The notes beneath the pieces were generated by a model that was not told the DNA's origin, ran no database searches, and saw only the letters and a list, made by a program, of their open reading frames with translations. From an uncultured Bacteroides sp. (GTDB lineage: Bacteria; Bacteroidota; Bacteroidia; Bacteroidales; Bacteroidaceae), in assembly GCA_958477465.1 (NCBI GenBank), contig CAUEFX010000010.1, positions 8,940 through 72,939 of the forward strand: a DNA stretch of 64,000 nucleotides. Direction: 5' to 3'. The position numbers and the translations under genes were made by a program. Within the stretch, counting starts at the first letter, position 1. Each line of letters opens with the position of its first letter. Positions 1-11,936 of this stretch are shown piece by piece.

Positions 1-93
1 GAGCTGCTCAAACTCATACAGTCATTCTCCTGTTTTTTATAAAGCTGTTGGATATTGTTAATTATATTATCACATAAACCATATTTTATTATT

Positions 94-633
94 ATGATGA
101 AAACAATTGTTCGTAAAATCGGTCTGGTTGCACACGATGCAATGAAAAAGGACATGATAGAATGGGTTCTTTGGAACTCGGAACGTCTGATAGGGCATAA
201 GTTCTATTGTACGGGAACCACCGGTACACTCATTAAAAAAGCGCTCGAAGAGAAACATCCTGAAACAGAATGGGATATCACGATTCTGAAATCCGGTCCT
301 TTAGGTGGTGACCAGCAAATGGGCTCACGTATTGTGGAAGGAGAGATTGATTATTTGTTCTTTTTCACGGATCCGATGACATTGCAGCCACATGACACGG
401 ATGTAAAGGCACTGACCCGGCTGGCGGGAGTTGAAAATATAGTTTTCTGTTGTAACCGTTCGACAGCGGACCATATTATTTCCAGTCCTTTGTTTCTTGA
501 CCCGACCTACAAACGGATTCATCCAGACTATACCAATTATACACAACGCTTTGAAAACAAAGAAATTGTATCGGAAGCAGTAGAACGGGTGAAGAAACGG
601 ATGAGCCGAAATGAAAACAATATGATCGAATGA
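94..633 (+). CDS. mgsA: Methylglyoxal synthase
   Basis: IGLVAHD, TGTTG, SGPLGGDQQ and PHDTDVKAL motifs; ATG at 94 chosen; ends in TGA. Confidence 0.93.
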   Translation: MMKTIVRKIGLVAHDAMKKDMIEWVLWNSERLIGHKFYCTGTTGTLIKKALEEKHPETEWDITILKSGPLGGDQQMGSRIVEGEIDYLFFFTDPMTLQPHDTDVKALTRLAGVENIVFCCNRSTADHIISSPLFLDPTYKRIHPDYTNYTQRFENKEIVSEAVERVKKRMSRNENNMIE

Positions 634-855
634 GAATGTAATGTCCAATAAAGGGGATGTGATATGTTTCAGTCATAAAAAGCAGGTTCCTATCCTTTCT
701 GTGAGTATAAAAAAAGATTAAAAGATCAACTGTGTGATAGCAAACTTGCGAGGTATCCTCAAATGGTTTGAAACAGTAATAAACTTTTATCATAAGTTTC
801 TATTATTCCCTTTTATATGAGCGAACACGCCTTTTTGTAGGATTCCAATATAAGA

Positions 856-3273
856 ATGAAGACTTCCATGTGGTTGAAACTTAAAATCCTTTTAGGATAT
901 GTCATACTGCTTCTCCTGCTCGTCCTGACCATTCATATCTTCCGCAAGGAACAGACGAGGCGGAACAGCCTGCGACAGGATGAGCATGAACTGGCCTGTA
1001 TCCGGCATCTGGCCGGAGAAACATACGCGGGCTTGCTGGGACTGGCCACTTACGGTGAAACAGCCAGCGTCTGGGATGAAAGCGACCTTGGACTCTACCA
1101 CACAAAAAAAGACAGTGTCTGTAACATGTTGCAGACACTGAAAAGGTATGTGAAGTCTCCCGAACAACAGTCGCGCATAGATTCGTTATGCCTGCTGCTG
1201 GAAAGAAAGGAACTGTTGTTAGACACGGTCATGGACACGTTCGGGCGTCTGCGCAAGACCGGCGAGATCGTGAACAGCAAGATTCCGGCAATCGTGTCCC
1301 ATATCCAGCAGGCGGATGTCCTTCCTGCCGAGAAAAAGAAGGAGGAGGAAACTCCGAAGAAGGGTTTCTGGTCATTCATCAGGCCCGGGAGGAAAAAATC
1401 GGCCTATCTGCAGCAGAAGGAACAGCTGGAACGCCAGCGACAGTCCATTGGTAAACATCAGGGTACCACATCTGTCACGAGCATGCTGCACTCCCTTGAC
1501 AGGGAGGTGACCGACATGCAGAAAGCCGAACGGGAAAGGCTGCTGGAACAGATGGACCTCCTGTACAGTAACAACACGGACCTGAACCACAGGCTACACC
1601 GGATTGTCAGGGACTTTGAGACGGATGCTGGAATACGGCTTGATGAGCGTTACAGGCAATTCATTTCCACACGCGACCGCTCGTTCCATACGGTCTCTCT
1701 GCTGGCTGTCCTCATCTCGTTGCTGACCGTCCTCCTGTATCTTATCATCCACCGGGATCTGAACAGGATAAACCAGTATCAGCGTCAGCTGGAAGCCTCC
1801 AATCGTGAGAACACGGAGCTCCTACAATCCAGAAAACGCATGATGCTCACCATCGCTCATGACCTTCGTGCGCCACTGGCTACTATCAAAGGATGCGCCG
1901 AACTGCTCCCCGGGGAAGAAAAGAAGAGCCGCAAGGACGAGTATGCGGAAAATATACTCCATTCTTCCGATTACATGATCGGGCTGGTCAATACGCTGAT
2001 CGGATTCTACCTGCTGGATACCGGCAGGAACAAACCCATCCTTTCGATTTTCCGGCTGGAGACCCTTTTCAGCGAAACAGCCCGGAACTACGGTTCGCTG
2101 GCCAAAAAGAAAAAGCTGCGGCTGACAACCGCCTTTTCCGGTCTGGATGTGGTAGTAAGCGGTGACCGTTCCCAGCTCCAGCAAATCCTGAACAATCTGC
2201 TTTCCAACGCCATTAAATTCACCCGGCAAGGTGAAATCCGCCTGCAAGCGGAATACCGGAATAAAGAATTGCATTTCTCGGTACAGGACACCGGTACCGG
2301 GATGACGGAGGAAGAAACAACCCGGATATTCACAGCTTTTGAACGGTTGGACAATGCCCGTAATGTTCCCGGTTTCGGATTGGGGCTGGCCATTGCAAGC
2401 AGGCTGGTCTCCGGGATGCAGGGAAGCCTTACCGTAAAAAGCAAACCGGGTGAAGGCAGCACGTTTACCGCATTCCTGCCACTCCTTGAGGCGGATGAAT
2501 CCACCCAGATGGATGAGACACGCATCGCTACTGATTATCATCTGGATGGAATCAACGTACTGGTCATTGATGACGACCGGATGCAACTGAACATTACCAA
2601 AGAGATGTTTAACCGTAACGGAGTGCGGTGCGACTGCTGCCAGACCAGCCGTGAACTGGTTACCCGGCTACGGTCACAAAGATATGACCTGCTGCTGACG
2701 GATATACAGATGCCTGAAACGGACGGCTACGGAATACTTGAACTGCTCCGGGCATCCAATATGGAGAACGCAAAGACAATCCCCGTCATAGCGGTAACGG
2801 CACGGGTGGATGATGACAACGAGTATCTGTCGGGCGGCTTTTCGGGCTGCATCCATAAACCATTCTCTATGGAAGAACTGATAAATACAGTGGCACAAGT
2901 GATAGGAGAAAAAGACAGAAAGGAGTATGCTCCCGATTTCTCACTCATCCTTTCAGGAGAGGACAACAGGGAGGAAATGCTCGCCCTGTTTATCGAAGAG
3001 AGCCGGAAAGACCTTGCCGCATTAACCGCTGCCTTAGACCGACAAGACAAGGAGGCCGCCGCCTCCATCCTGCATAAGAACCTGCCCCTATGGGAAACCG
3101 TCCGTCTGGATTTCCCCTTGTCTCATTTACGGGAACTGGTGACAGAACCTGCGACAGAGTGGACCAATAGACAATCCATGGAAATGCGGGACATCATCCG
3201 GGCAGTGGAAAAACTGATAGTATACGCTGAAAAATACGGGAGGAAAGCCTATGAAAACAATCCTGATTATTGA
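856..3273 (+). CDS. rteA: Hybrid sensor histidine kinase (RteA-like; HisKA, HATPase, REC, Hpt-like)
   Basis: Two TM segments, IAHDLRAPL H-box, NLLSNAIKFT, GFGLGLAI, receiver DLLLTDIQMP; overlaps downstream response regulator. Confidence 0.8.
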   Translation: MKTSMWLKLKILLGYVILLLLLVLTIHIFRKEQTRRNSLRQDEHELACIRHLAGETYAGLLGLATYGETASVWDESDLGLYHTKKDSVCNMLQTLKRYVKSPEQQSRIDSLCLLLERKELLLDTVMDTFGRLRKTGEIVNSKIPAIVSHIQQADVLPAEKKKEEETPKKGFWSFIRPGRKKSAYLQQKEQLERQRQSIGKHQGTTSVTSMLHSLDREVTDMQKAERERLLEQMDLLYSNNTDLNHRLHRIVRDFETDAGIRLDERYRQFISTRDRSFHTVSLLAVLISLLTVLLYLIIHRDLNRINQYQRQLEASNRENTELLQSRKRMMLTIAHDLRAPLATIKGCAELLPGEEKKSRKDEYAENILHSSDYMIGLVNTLIGFYLLDTGRNKPILSIFRLETLFSETARNYGSLAKKKKLRLTTAFSGLDVVVSGDRSQLQQILNNLLSNAIKFTRQGEIRLQAEYRNKELHFSVQDTGTGMTEEETTRIFTAFERLDNARNVPGFGLGLAIASRLVSGMQGSLTVKSKPGEGSTFTAFLPLLEADESTQMDETRIATDYHLDGINVLVIDDDRMQLNITKEMFNRNGVRCDCCQTSRELVTRLRSQRYDLLLTDIQMPETDGYGILELLRASNMENAKTIPVIAVTARVDDDNEYLSGGFSGCIHKPFSMEELINTVAQVIGEKDRKEYAPDFSLILSGEDNREEMLALFIEESRKDLAALTAALDRQDKEAAASILHKNLPLWETVRLDFPLSHLRELVTEPATEWTNRQSMEMRDIIRAVEKLIVYAEKYGRKAYENNPDY

Positions 3274-4537
3274 AGATGATATTGTGTTCAGCCGTAGCAT
3301 CAGCAACTGGCTGGTGAAAAAAGGGATGAAAACCGAATGCGTGGCAACCCTTGCGAATGCCCGTAAAGCCATCGGGCAAAAGGAGTTCGACCTAATACTG
3401 GCAGACCTGCGCCTGCCGGACGGAAATAGCACCTCGCTCCTGAAATGGATGAATGAGAAGTACTACTCTATCCCTTTTCTGATCATGACCAACTACGGAC
3501 AGGTGGAGAATGCGGTGACAACCATGCAACTGGGAGCCATCAACTACCTGTGTAAGCCTGTGCAGCCAGACAATCTCCTGGCTCTGATAACGGAGATACT
3601 GGATAAAAACGATAACGAACAGGAGTTCTACCGAGGTGAAAGCCCCAAAGCCCATGAGATGTACCGTCTGATAGAGATGATTGCCTGTGCCGACATCTCC
3701 GTTCTGCTCCGTGGGGCTTCCGGCACCGGGAAGGAGCACATTGCAGCCGAGATACATGCCCGGAGCCATCGGAAGAACAAGCCGTATCTGGCTATCGACT
3801 GCGGGGCCATTTCCGATGAGCTTGCCGCCTCCGAGTTTTTCGGTCATCAGAAGGGAGCCTTTACCGGTGCGGAAAGCGACAAGGTCGGATTGTTCCGTGC
3901 CGTTAACGGAGGGACATTGTTTCTGGACGAGATAGGCAACCTTTCCTATAAGACACAGATGCTCCTGCTCAGGGCCTTGCAAGAGAAACGCTGCAAGCCG
4001 GTAGGTTCCACGAAAGAATACTCTTTTGATATCCGGCTGGTTGCCGCCACCAATGAGAATCTGGAAAAAGCCATCGGAGAAGGACGCTTCCGGGAAGACC
4101 TGTTCCACCGGCTCAATGAGTTCACTCTGCGGATTCCTACACTGGCAGAATGCCGGGAAGACATCCTTCCTCTGGCTTATTTTTTCTTGAAACTCACTTG
4201 CGCCAAGGCCCATAAATCGTTTCGTGGCTTTGACCGGCTGGCAGAGGCGGCACTGCTGGAATATCCCTGGCCGGGGAATATCCGTGAACTGAAGAATGTA
4301 ATAGGTCGAGCCGTACTCATCTGCCAAGAGCAATGGATTTCCGTTTCAGACCTGAACCTTGAAATCTCCCTTCCTAAAGAAGAAGAAACGCAGTGGACGG
4401 AAGAAGAAAAAGAAAAGGCGTTGCTTCTCCAGACCCTTGAAAAGACGGGTGACAACCGTTCCAAGGCGGCCCGGTTGCTCAATGTCAGCCGGACTACCCT
4501 GTATGAGAAACTAAGGAAATACCATATCATCGACTGA
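3251..4537 (+). CDS. rteB: NtrC-family sigma54-type response regulator (RteB-like)
   Basis: REC domain, GASGTGKE Walker A, GAFTGA, LFLDEIG, WPGNIREL, C-terminal Fis HTH. Confidence 0.85.
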   Translation: MKTILIIEDDIVFSRSISNWLVKKGMKTECVATLANARKAIGQKEFDLILADLRLPDGNSTSLLKWMNEKYYSIPFLIMTNYGQVENAVTTMQLGAINYLCKPVQPDNLLALITEILDKNDNEQEFYRGESPKAHEMYRLIEMIACADISVLLRGASGTGKEHIAAEIHARSHRKNKPYLAIDCGAISDELAASEFFGHQKGAFTGAESDKVGLFRAVNGGTLFLDEIGNLSYKTQMLLLRALQEKRCKPVGSTKEYSFDIRLVAATNENLEKAIGEGRFREDLFHRLNEFTLRIPTLAECREDILPLAYFFLKLTCAKAHKSFRGFDRLAEAALLEYPWPGNIRELKNVIGRAVLICQEQWISVSDLNLEISLPKEEETQWTEEEKEKALLLQTLEKTGDNRSKAARLLNVSRTTLYEKLRKYHIID

Positions 4538-4569
4538 CCGGAGGATAACCCGAAGCAAATGAGGTTTAC

Positions 4570-4618
4570 AAAAGTGTAAGCCGTCCTAACATTCTTGTCA
4601 AGGACGGCTTACACTTTT
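4570..4618 (+). terminator. Long hairpin / likely intrinsic terminator after rteB
   Basis: 18-bp perfect inverted repeat AAAAGTGTAAGCCGTCCT...AGGACGGCTTACACTTTT. Confidence 0.7.
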
Positions 4619-4751
4619 TATTTACACCCGTTTCTATATGAAATTTGTTTATTGTTGATTGTCAGTATTTTAAAAAGGTATAGAGCTTTAAACGATAGCA
4701 GAGGCATTTCATTTGGCTTACTCCGGTATAAACAAATCAAATGTATGCCGT

Positions 4752-5369
4752 ATGAAACCATTTACAGAATGCCGTATATTCAATTATTTATCTCTGGCTT
4801 CAAGCCCAAAACAGACAGTTTCCGATGAAGAATTCTCTTCCTCCTATACCGAATATGAACAATACCTTTACGACCTCGCCATCGAATCGGTTTCCGTATC
4901 GGAAAGGCTGCGCCATCTGCTTCACAGCAAGGTAGAACTGATTTCCCTAAAGAAGTTATTCACCCGAACAGGACATTTCCACACGGCAGTAGCCGAATTC
5001 TATCTGGACAAATGCCTCCTGCTGGTGGAGGCGGAAATAGAGCTGGTCAATTTTGGTGTACAGTACCCCGGAACCATCACGACACCTTCCTCGTTTCTTT
5101 CATCGCTCCATTGGAAAGGTTCGCTGGTCAACCTGATGGAACTGATCTCCTCGCTGGATTACAGCGGGCTGATTACGGACGAAAGCGGCAAACGCCTCTC
5201 TTTCGCCGGTATCGTTTCCGCTTTTGAGAAACTCTTCAATGTTGCCATTCCCAAACCATATGACCTGCGTGCCGACCTTGCCCGGCGCAAAAAGAACTAT
5301 TCCGTCCTGCTGCCCAAACTAAAGGAAACCTTTGAAAAGAACATCGCGGCTTGCGGAAACGGGAAGTGA
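4752..5369 (+). CDS. rteC: RteC-family activator of excision/mobilisation
   Basis: C-terminal LHWKGSLVNLMELISSLDY...FEKLFNVAIPKPYDLRADLARRKK typical of RteC domains; position after rteAB. Confidence 0.8.
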   Translation: MKPFTECRIFNYLSLASSPKQTVSDEEFSSSYTEYEQYLYDLAIESVSVSERLRHLLHSKVELISLKKLFTRTGHFHTAVAEFYLDKCLLLVEAEIELVNFGVQYPGTITTPSSFLSSLHWKGSLVNLMELISSLDYSGLITDESGKRLSFAGIVSAFEKLFNVAIPKPYDLRADLARRKKNYSVLLPKLKETFEKNIAACGNGK

Positions 5370-5390
5370 ACAGGGGTATTTTTACCCCCT

Positions 5391-5424
5391 GTCACAAATA
5401 GTCATCTCTTGTCATTTGTAGTCA
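5391..5424 (+). promoter_or_regulatory. Four GTCA boxes at 10-bp spacing upstream of mobA (candidate RteC site)
   Basis: GTCA at 5391, 5401, 5411, 5421. Confidence 0.6.
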
Positions 5425-5494
5425 CTTTCCGATTTTAGGTTCGTATCAAAATTATCACTTATTTTGCTGCCGGATAAATAAAACCTGAAAAGAT

Positions 5495-5956
5495 ATGGCT
5501 AAAATCAATAGTACACGCAAACCCGGACGGGCTGACACTTCGAGCAAATGAAGAGGCGGACGGAATCCCAAAGAGGAATCAGAACTTCATTCTTATTATT
5601 ACGGATTCCGTCTGGACGAACTCCAGAACATCGAGTTTGAGAGGCTCTTTGAGAATTCGGGAGCTAATAATAAATCCCAGTTCATCCTTGCCGCCCTTTT
5701 CGACAAACCGATGAAAGTCGTGAAAATAGATAAGGCGGCAACGGACTACTACATCAAGCTGACCAACCTGCAGAGCGAATACCGCCGGATCGGAGTAAAC
5801 TATAACCAGGCAGTCAAAGCTCTGCATACCGGACTATCCGAAAAGAAGGCTCTTGCCATGCTCTATAAATTGGAGCAACTGACTATTGAACTAATATCTC
5901 TCAACCGGGAGATTATCCGTCTCACCCAAGAATTTGAACAATGGTTGCAAAAATAA
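5495..5956 (+). CDS. mobA: MobA relaxosome accessory protein, in-frame TGA at 5549-5551 (codon 19)
   Basis: MAKINSTRKPGRADTSSK*RGGRNPK... continues in frame into ORF 5711-5956 (DYYIKLT...RIGVNYNQAVKAL); ends TAA overlapping mobB start. Confidence 0.8.
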
Positions 5957-7170
5957 CATCAGGAGCCTCCGTTTACGGGGCATTATACTACAATCAAGAA
6001 AAAGTGGACAAGCAGCAGGCACGGCCACTGGCATGAAACCGGATCATGGAACCGGCAGACGGCCATCCGACCATCCAGCACTGCATCCGTTCCTTCGAAC
6101 CGTATCTGGCGGCTAACCGCCGGACTGAGAAGCCCGTTATCCACATTTCATTAAATCCACACCCGGACGATGTGCTGACCGATGAACAGTTGACCGCTAT
6201 CGGCCAGGAATACATGGAAAAAATGGGATATGGCAACCAACCCTATATCATCTACCGGCATGAGGATATCGGCAGGCCCCACATCCATATCGTCTCCCTG
6301 CGTATTGACGAGCAGGGAAAGAAAATTAAAGATTACAAAGAATGGCAACGCTCGACCGCTGTTTGCCGGGAGCTGGAGAGGAAATACCATCTGTTACCCG
6401 CCGAGAAGATGGAGCGACGGGAATCCCTGCCGCTGACTGCCGTCGATTACCGGAAGGGGGATATCAAGCATCAGATAGCCAATGTGGTCAAGCCCGTCAT
6501 GCAGGGATACAAGTTCCAATCCGTCAAGGAGTTTAAAGCCCTGCTTGGCCTTTTCCATGTAACGGTGGAAGAGGCCCACAAGACGATAAAGGGAAAGACC
6601 TATCATGGACTGGTCTATGCGGCTACCGATGAAAAAGGAGAACGGACCGGCGTAGCCATCAAATCCAGCAAGATCGGTAAAAGCGTAGGCTACGAGGCAC
6701 TCCAAAAGAAATTTGTGAAAAGCAAACAATGAATTGCCCGACATCCCGTACCCGTACAGACGAAGGAAGCTATCGCTACCGCCCTGCAAGGACAGCCCAC
6801 CCGTCAGGGATTCCTGCAGGAACTTTCTGGAAAAGGCATTGCCGCCATACTCTGGCAGAACGATTCCGGTGTGATCTATGGCGTGACCTACATCGACCAT
6901 AACTCAAAGACCGTATTCAAGGGCTCGCTTCTGGGCAAAGAATATTCGGCATCGGTTATAAACCGGAAGTACGGCACGATCCCACCGGAAAAGACTGAAG
7001 AAGCCCCTGTTATCCATCCGTCCGAACCGGAAATGAAAGAGACGGAGCTGGTGGAAGGACTGCTTGATATATTCTCTTTGGAATCCTATCCGTATCCGGC
7101 AGACGACCTGACGCAAAGCCCTTACGGGAAAAAGAAAAAGAGAAAACGCAGAGGTCCGCATCTGGGCTAA
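5941..7170 (+). CDS. mobB: MobB relaxase, in-frame TGA at 6034-6036 and 6730-6732
   Basis: MVAKITSGASVYGALYYN N-terminus, HISLNPHPDD and HEDIGRPHIHIVS HUH motifs, IYGVTYIDH; all three fragments in one frame; ends TAA. Confidence 0.88.
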
Positions 7171-7203
7171 TAAAATGTATCACCATTAATTATCATACCG
7201 CTT

Positions 7204-9216
7204 ATGTCACAAGACGAAACCAGAGGGCTCAATAAGAACCTTGACTTCATGAGGGCCATCAGCATCCTATTTTTAGTGATGAATGTCTATTATTTCTGCT
7301 ATCCCTATTTTCTTTCCATGAACCTGAACATCGGTGTCGTGGACAAGATACTGCTCAATTTCCAGCGGGATACCGGGCTGTTTTCCCATTCGCTGGTGAG
7401 CAAGTCCTTCAGTCTGCTCTTCCTTTTCTTCTCCTGCATGGGAGCGAAAGGACGGAAGGACGTGGAGATGTCATGAAGGAGTATCGGCTGTTACCTTATA
7501 GCCGGGATGCTGCTCTTTTTTGGTAGCGAGCTCTTACTGACGGCACGCTTCCCCGTCGCGCTTCTAACCTTATTATATGTAGCTACCGTAGCTGCCGGAT
7601 ATATCAGCCTGCTTACCGCCGGAACCTGGATCAGCCGCCTGTTGAAGAACCAACTCATGGATGACGTCTTTAACGACGAGAACGAGAGCTTCATGCAGGA
7701 GCGCAGGTTGATTGCCAATGAATACTCGGTAAACCTGCCCACCCGTTTCCGTTACCAACGAAAGACCTATTCAGGCTGGATAAACGTGATTAATCCCTTC
7801 CGCGCCTCATTGATATTAGGCACGCCGGGATCAGGAAAGAGTTATGCCATCATCAATAACTATATCCGCCAGCAGATAGAGAAAGGATTCGCCGCCTATA
7901 TCTATGATTTTAAGTATCCGGATTTAAGCATAATTGCTTATAACCAGCTGCTTAAAAACAAGGATAAGTATGCCAAGCCGGTCGGATTTTATGTGATTAA
8001 TTTCGATGATCCCAGATACAGCCACCGGTGCAATCCCCTCAATCCTTCGTTTCTATCCGATATCGCGGATGCATACGAATCAGCGTATGTAATCATGTTA
8101 AATTTGAACAAGAGTTGGATTCAAAAGCAGGGAGATTTCTTTGTAGAAAGCCCGATTGTGCTATTTGCGGCGGTGATCTGGTATCTTAAAATCTATGAAA
8201 ACGGGAAATTCTGCACCTTCCCACATGCCATAGAGCTATTGAATAAACCGTATTCCGACCTGTTCACCATACTGACCTCTTACCGGGAGCTGGAGAATTA
8301 CCTGTCACCTTTTATGGATGCATGGAAAGGTGGTGCGATGGAGCAGCTCCAAGGGCAGATAGCTTCCGCCAAAATTCCGCTATCAAGGCTGATCTCACCT
8401 GCCTTATATTGGATTATGACCGGAGATGACTTCACGCTGGATATCAATAATCCGGAGGAACCCAAAGTTTTGTGCGTCGGCAATAACCCTGACAGACAGA
8501 ATATTTACTCATGTGCGTTAGGATTGTATAATGCCCGTATCGTTAAAATGGTCAACCGAAAAGGCAGGCTCAAATGCTCTATTCTAGTGGATGAGGTTCC
8601 CACACTTTACTTTAAAGGACTTGACACCCTGATCGCTACCGCCCGTAGCAACAAAGTGGCAGTATGTCTGGGAGCACAGGATTTCAGCCAGTTAATACGT
8701 GACTACGGTGATAAGGAGGCGCGGGTGATCCAGAACACAATTGGAAATATCTTTTCCGGGCAAGTGGTCGGAGAAACAGCGAAAAACCTTTCTGAAAGGT
8801 TTGGGAAAGTGCTCCAACAGCGCAAATCCATTAATATGACCCGTGAAGACACCTCAACCAATATCAGTACCCAGCTCGACTCGCTGATACCTGCCTCCAA
8901 AATCTCCAACCTCTCGCAAGGAGAGTTTGTCGGCAGTGTCTGCGACAACTTCGGGGAGAAGATAGAACAGAAGATATTCCATTGCGAGATCGTGGTGGAC
9001 AATGAACGGGTAGCCGCCGAAACAAAAGCCTACAAGCCTATCCCCGTCATAACCGACTTTACCGGTGCGGATGGTAAGGACCACATGCAAGAGGAAATCG
9101 AAAGGAACTACTATCAAATCAAGGAAGACGTGACGCAAATCATCGAAAAAGAGCTGCTTCGCATCCAAAATGATCCCAACTTGAAACACCTGCTGGAAAC
9201 GGCAGACGATGAATAA
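7204..9216 (+). CDS. mobC: MobC type IV coupling protein (YWFCY domain + VirD4-like ATPase), in-frame TGA at 7474-7476
   Basis: YYFCY motif, GTPGSGKS Walker A, LVDEVPT Walker B; ORFs 7204-7476 and 7507-9216 share a frame. Confidence 0.88.
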
Positions 9217-9227
9217 TCCCTATTTAA

Positions 9228-10160
<933 letters not shown>

Positions 10161-10187
10161 GAATAAATATCCGGTGGTAGCCGGGTA

Positions 10188-10244
10188 GCAATAAAAAGAG
10201 AGCTAAATTCCCTCCAGCAGGGATTTGACTCTCTTTTTTATTGC
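10188..10244. terminator. Bidirectional terminator between convergent methylase and primase genes
   Basis: GCAATAAAAAGAGAG...CTCTCTTTTTTATTGC imperfect hairpin flanked by A and T tracts. Confidence 0.7.
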
Positions 10245-10277
10245 CTGCCTTTCATGCATCAGACAAGGACCAGTATT

Positions 10278-11237
10278 TTATAATTTTCAACCGGACTGTT
10301 TCTTTGCAGGCTTTTCAATCAGCTTCGGGGCTGTTTCGTGCTGATGATCCGTCTTGTTCTCCTGCGCCATCTTCCTGCCCAACAGGTAATCGTTCAAATC
10401 GTTATACTCCCGGTAGCAGTCGGACTTGTCCCTGACCGGGCATCCGGCTTGCGCCATCTGCTGAAAAGCCTGCCTTCCGGCGGAATCGTTATCCAGTAGG
10501 CAGAGGGCACTCTTATACTCTTTCAAGACAGGGATAGCCTTGCCTACATTGCTGACCGAATTTAAAACGATATAGTCCGGACCGTTTCCTTTAGGCTGTC
10601 CGTTACCGGGATGCGTAGCCTTGAGCGTGAGGTATGAGAGATAATCCATAAAGCCTTCAACCACTATGCAACGGTCGCTGCCATTTTTGATATGGGTAAT
10701 CTCTTTGGGCGATATGCTGCCTTTTAGGTATTTGTTACGGATCTCGTACCCGCCGCTCCGGTTGGCAAAGCCTACGGCAAAATACCATTTTCCCTTGTTC
10801 TGAAAATGCACTTCCTTGCATGCTTCCCTTGCGATTTCAGGCAAGATGCCTCTTTCTTTGAGATATCCCAGCAAGACCGGGTTCGTCAGCGGATCAATGC
10901 GTACCTGCCGGTAGCCGGTAGCCTGCGGTTCCGCCTGCCGGGGAGAGGCTGCTACCGGACGGAAAGCAGCCGGAAAATGTCCCTCTATCGTTTTAAGCGC
11001 ATAAGAGATATCCTTCGTCTTTTGAAGCTCCATCGCCAGGGTGATGATGTCCCCTCCCTGTCCGATGCCGAAATCGTATCATAGGTTGCGGGATGCGCTC
11101 ACCTTGAAAGAAGGTGTCTTCTCCTCACGGAAAGGGGAACAATACCAGATACTGTCCCCTTGTTGTTTTACCGGGTTGAACCCCATACGCCGGAGATAAT
11201 CCTCCAACTGAATGCTCTTGGCTTCTTCAATGTTCAT
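10278..11237 (-). CDS. DNA primase (zinc-finger-like N-terminus + Toprim), in-frame TGA at 11081-11079 and probably 10289-10287
   Basis: MNIEEAKSIQLEDYL...SPFREEKTPSFKV...NL*YDFGIGQGGDII joins ORF 10287-11033 (VEGFMDYLS, LDNDSAG); second TGA is followed by K-L-TAA. Confidence 0.85.
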
Positions 11238-11253
11238 TGTGTAACGGATTAAA

Positions 11254-11862
11254 TTAATGACTCTTTTTAGAACGGGAATCCTTTAGTATCACCCACTGCA
11301 ACGGATTCTGCGGCTTCCCGTTTTTTCTCAGTTCAAAATGCAGATGGTTGCCGGTCGCTATGCCGGTATGACCGACATTGCCGATATGCCGACCTATGCG
11401 TACATCGCTCCCTTTCCTCACATGCAATTTGCTCAAGTGTGCATACAACGTGGAAAAGCCGCCCGCGTGCCGGATTTCGATGTACCAGCCGTAACTGCTG
11501 CTATACCTGGCTTCAACGACTTTCCCGCTTCCTGAAGCATAGACCGGCGTGCCATAGGGTGCGGCAAGATCCACTCCGGCATGGAGTATCCTTTTCTTTT
11601 TCACCGGATGCATCCTTATACCGAAACCGGAAGAAACGGCATACCTCCTCCGACTTTCATTCAATGGATACAGAATAGGATAATCGGCCAGTACGGTAAC
11701 CGGCAACCGGCTGTCTCATATGAAAGACTTTCACTGCCGGGCAGAGTGGATACGGTAGATGACAGCACTGAGTCCGGCTTTATATCCCTTTGACGGGGAC
11801 TGTGCAAAAGCCGGACATGACAATAAGTGACAGAACATGACAATTAATGACAACTTCCTCAT
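11254..11862 (-). CDS. Secreted M23-family peptidase, in-frame TGA at 11733-11731 and 11718-11716
   Basis: Signal peptide MRKLSLIVMFCHLLSCPAFA, then ARQ*KSFI*DSRLPV in frame with HAGVDL, YAHL, HLHFE M23 motifs. Confidence 0.82.
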
Positions 11863-11881
11863 AATCAAACTATTTAATGAC
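11818..11881 (+). promoter_or_regulatory. Phased TGAC boxes upstream of the DUF3945-like operon (candidate RteC site)
   Basis: TGAC at 11818, 11828, 11838, 11848 and, in phase, 11878. Confidence 0.6.
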
Positions 11882-11936
11882 AAAGATAGTAATTTTACCC
11901 TCGTAAATGATTCATTAATCTTTAAAATTAACGTAT

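Noticed and set aside
740..750. attL at GCAAACTTGC
   Set aside because: Only a loose match to the GTAnnTTTGC core and no clear direct repeat with the right end; left as an approximate boundary.
5370..5392. oriT assignment to the CAGGGGTA/TACCCC-CTG hairpin upstream of mobA
   Set aside because: Position is plausible, but I cannot identify a nic sequence; it may simply terminate rteC.
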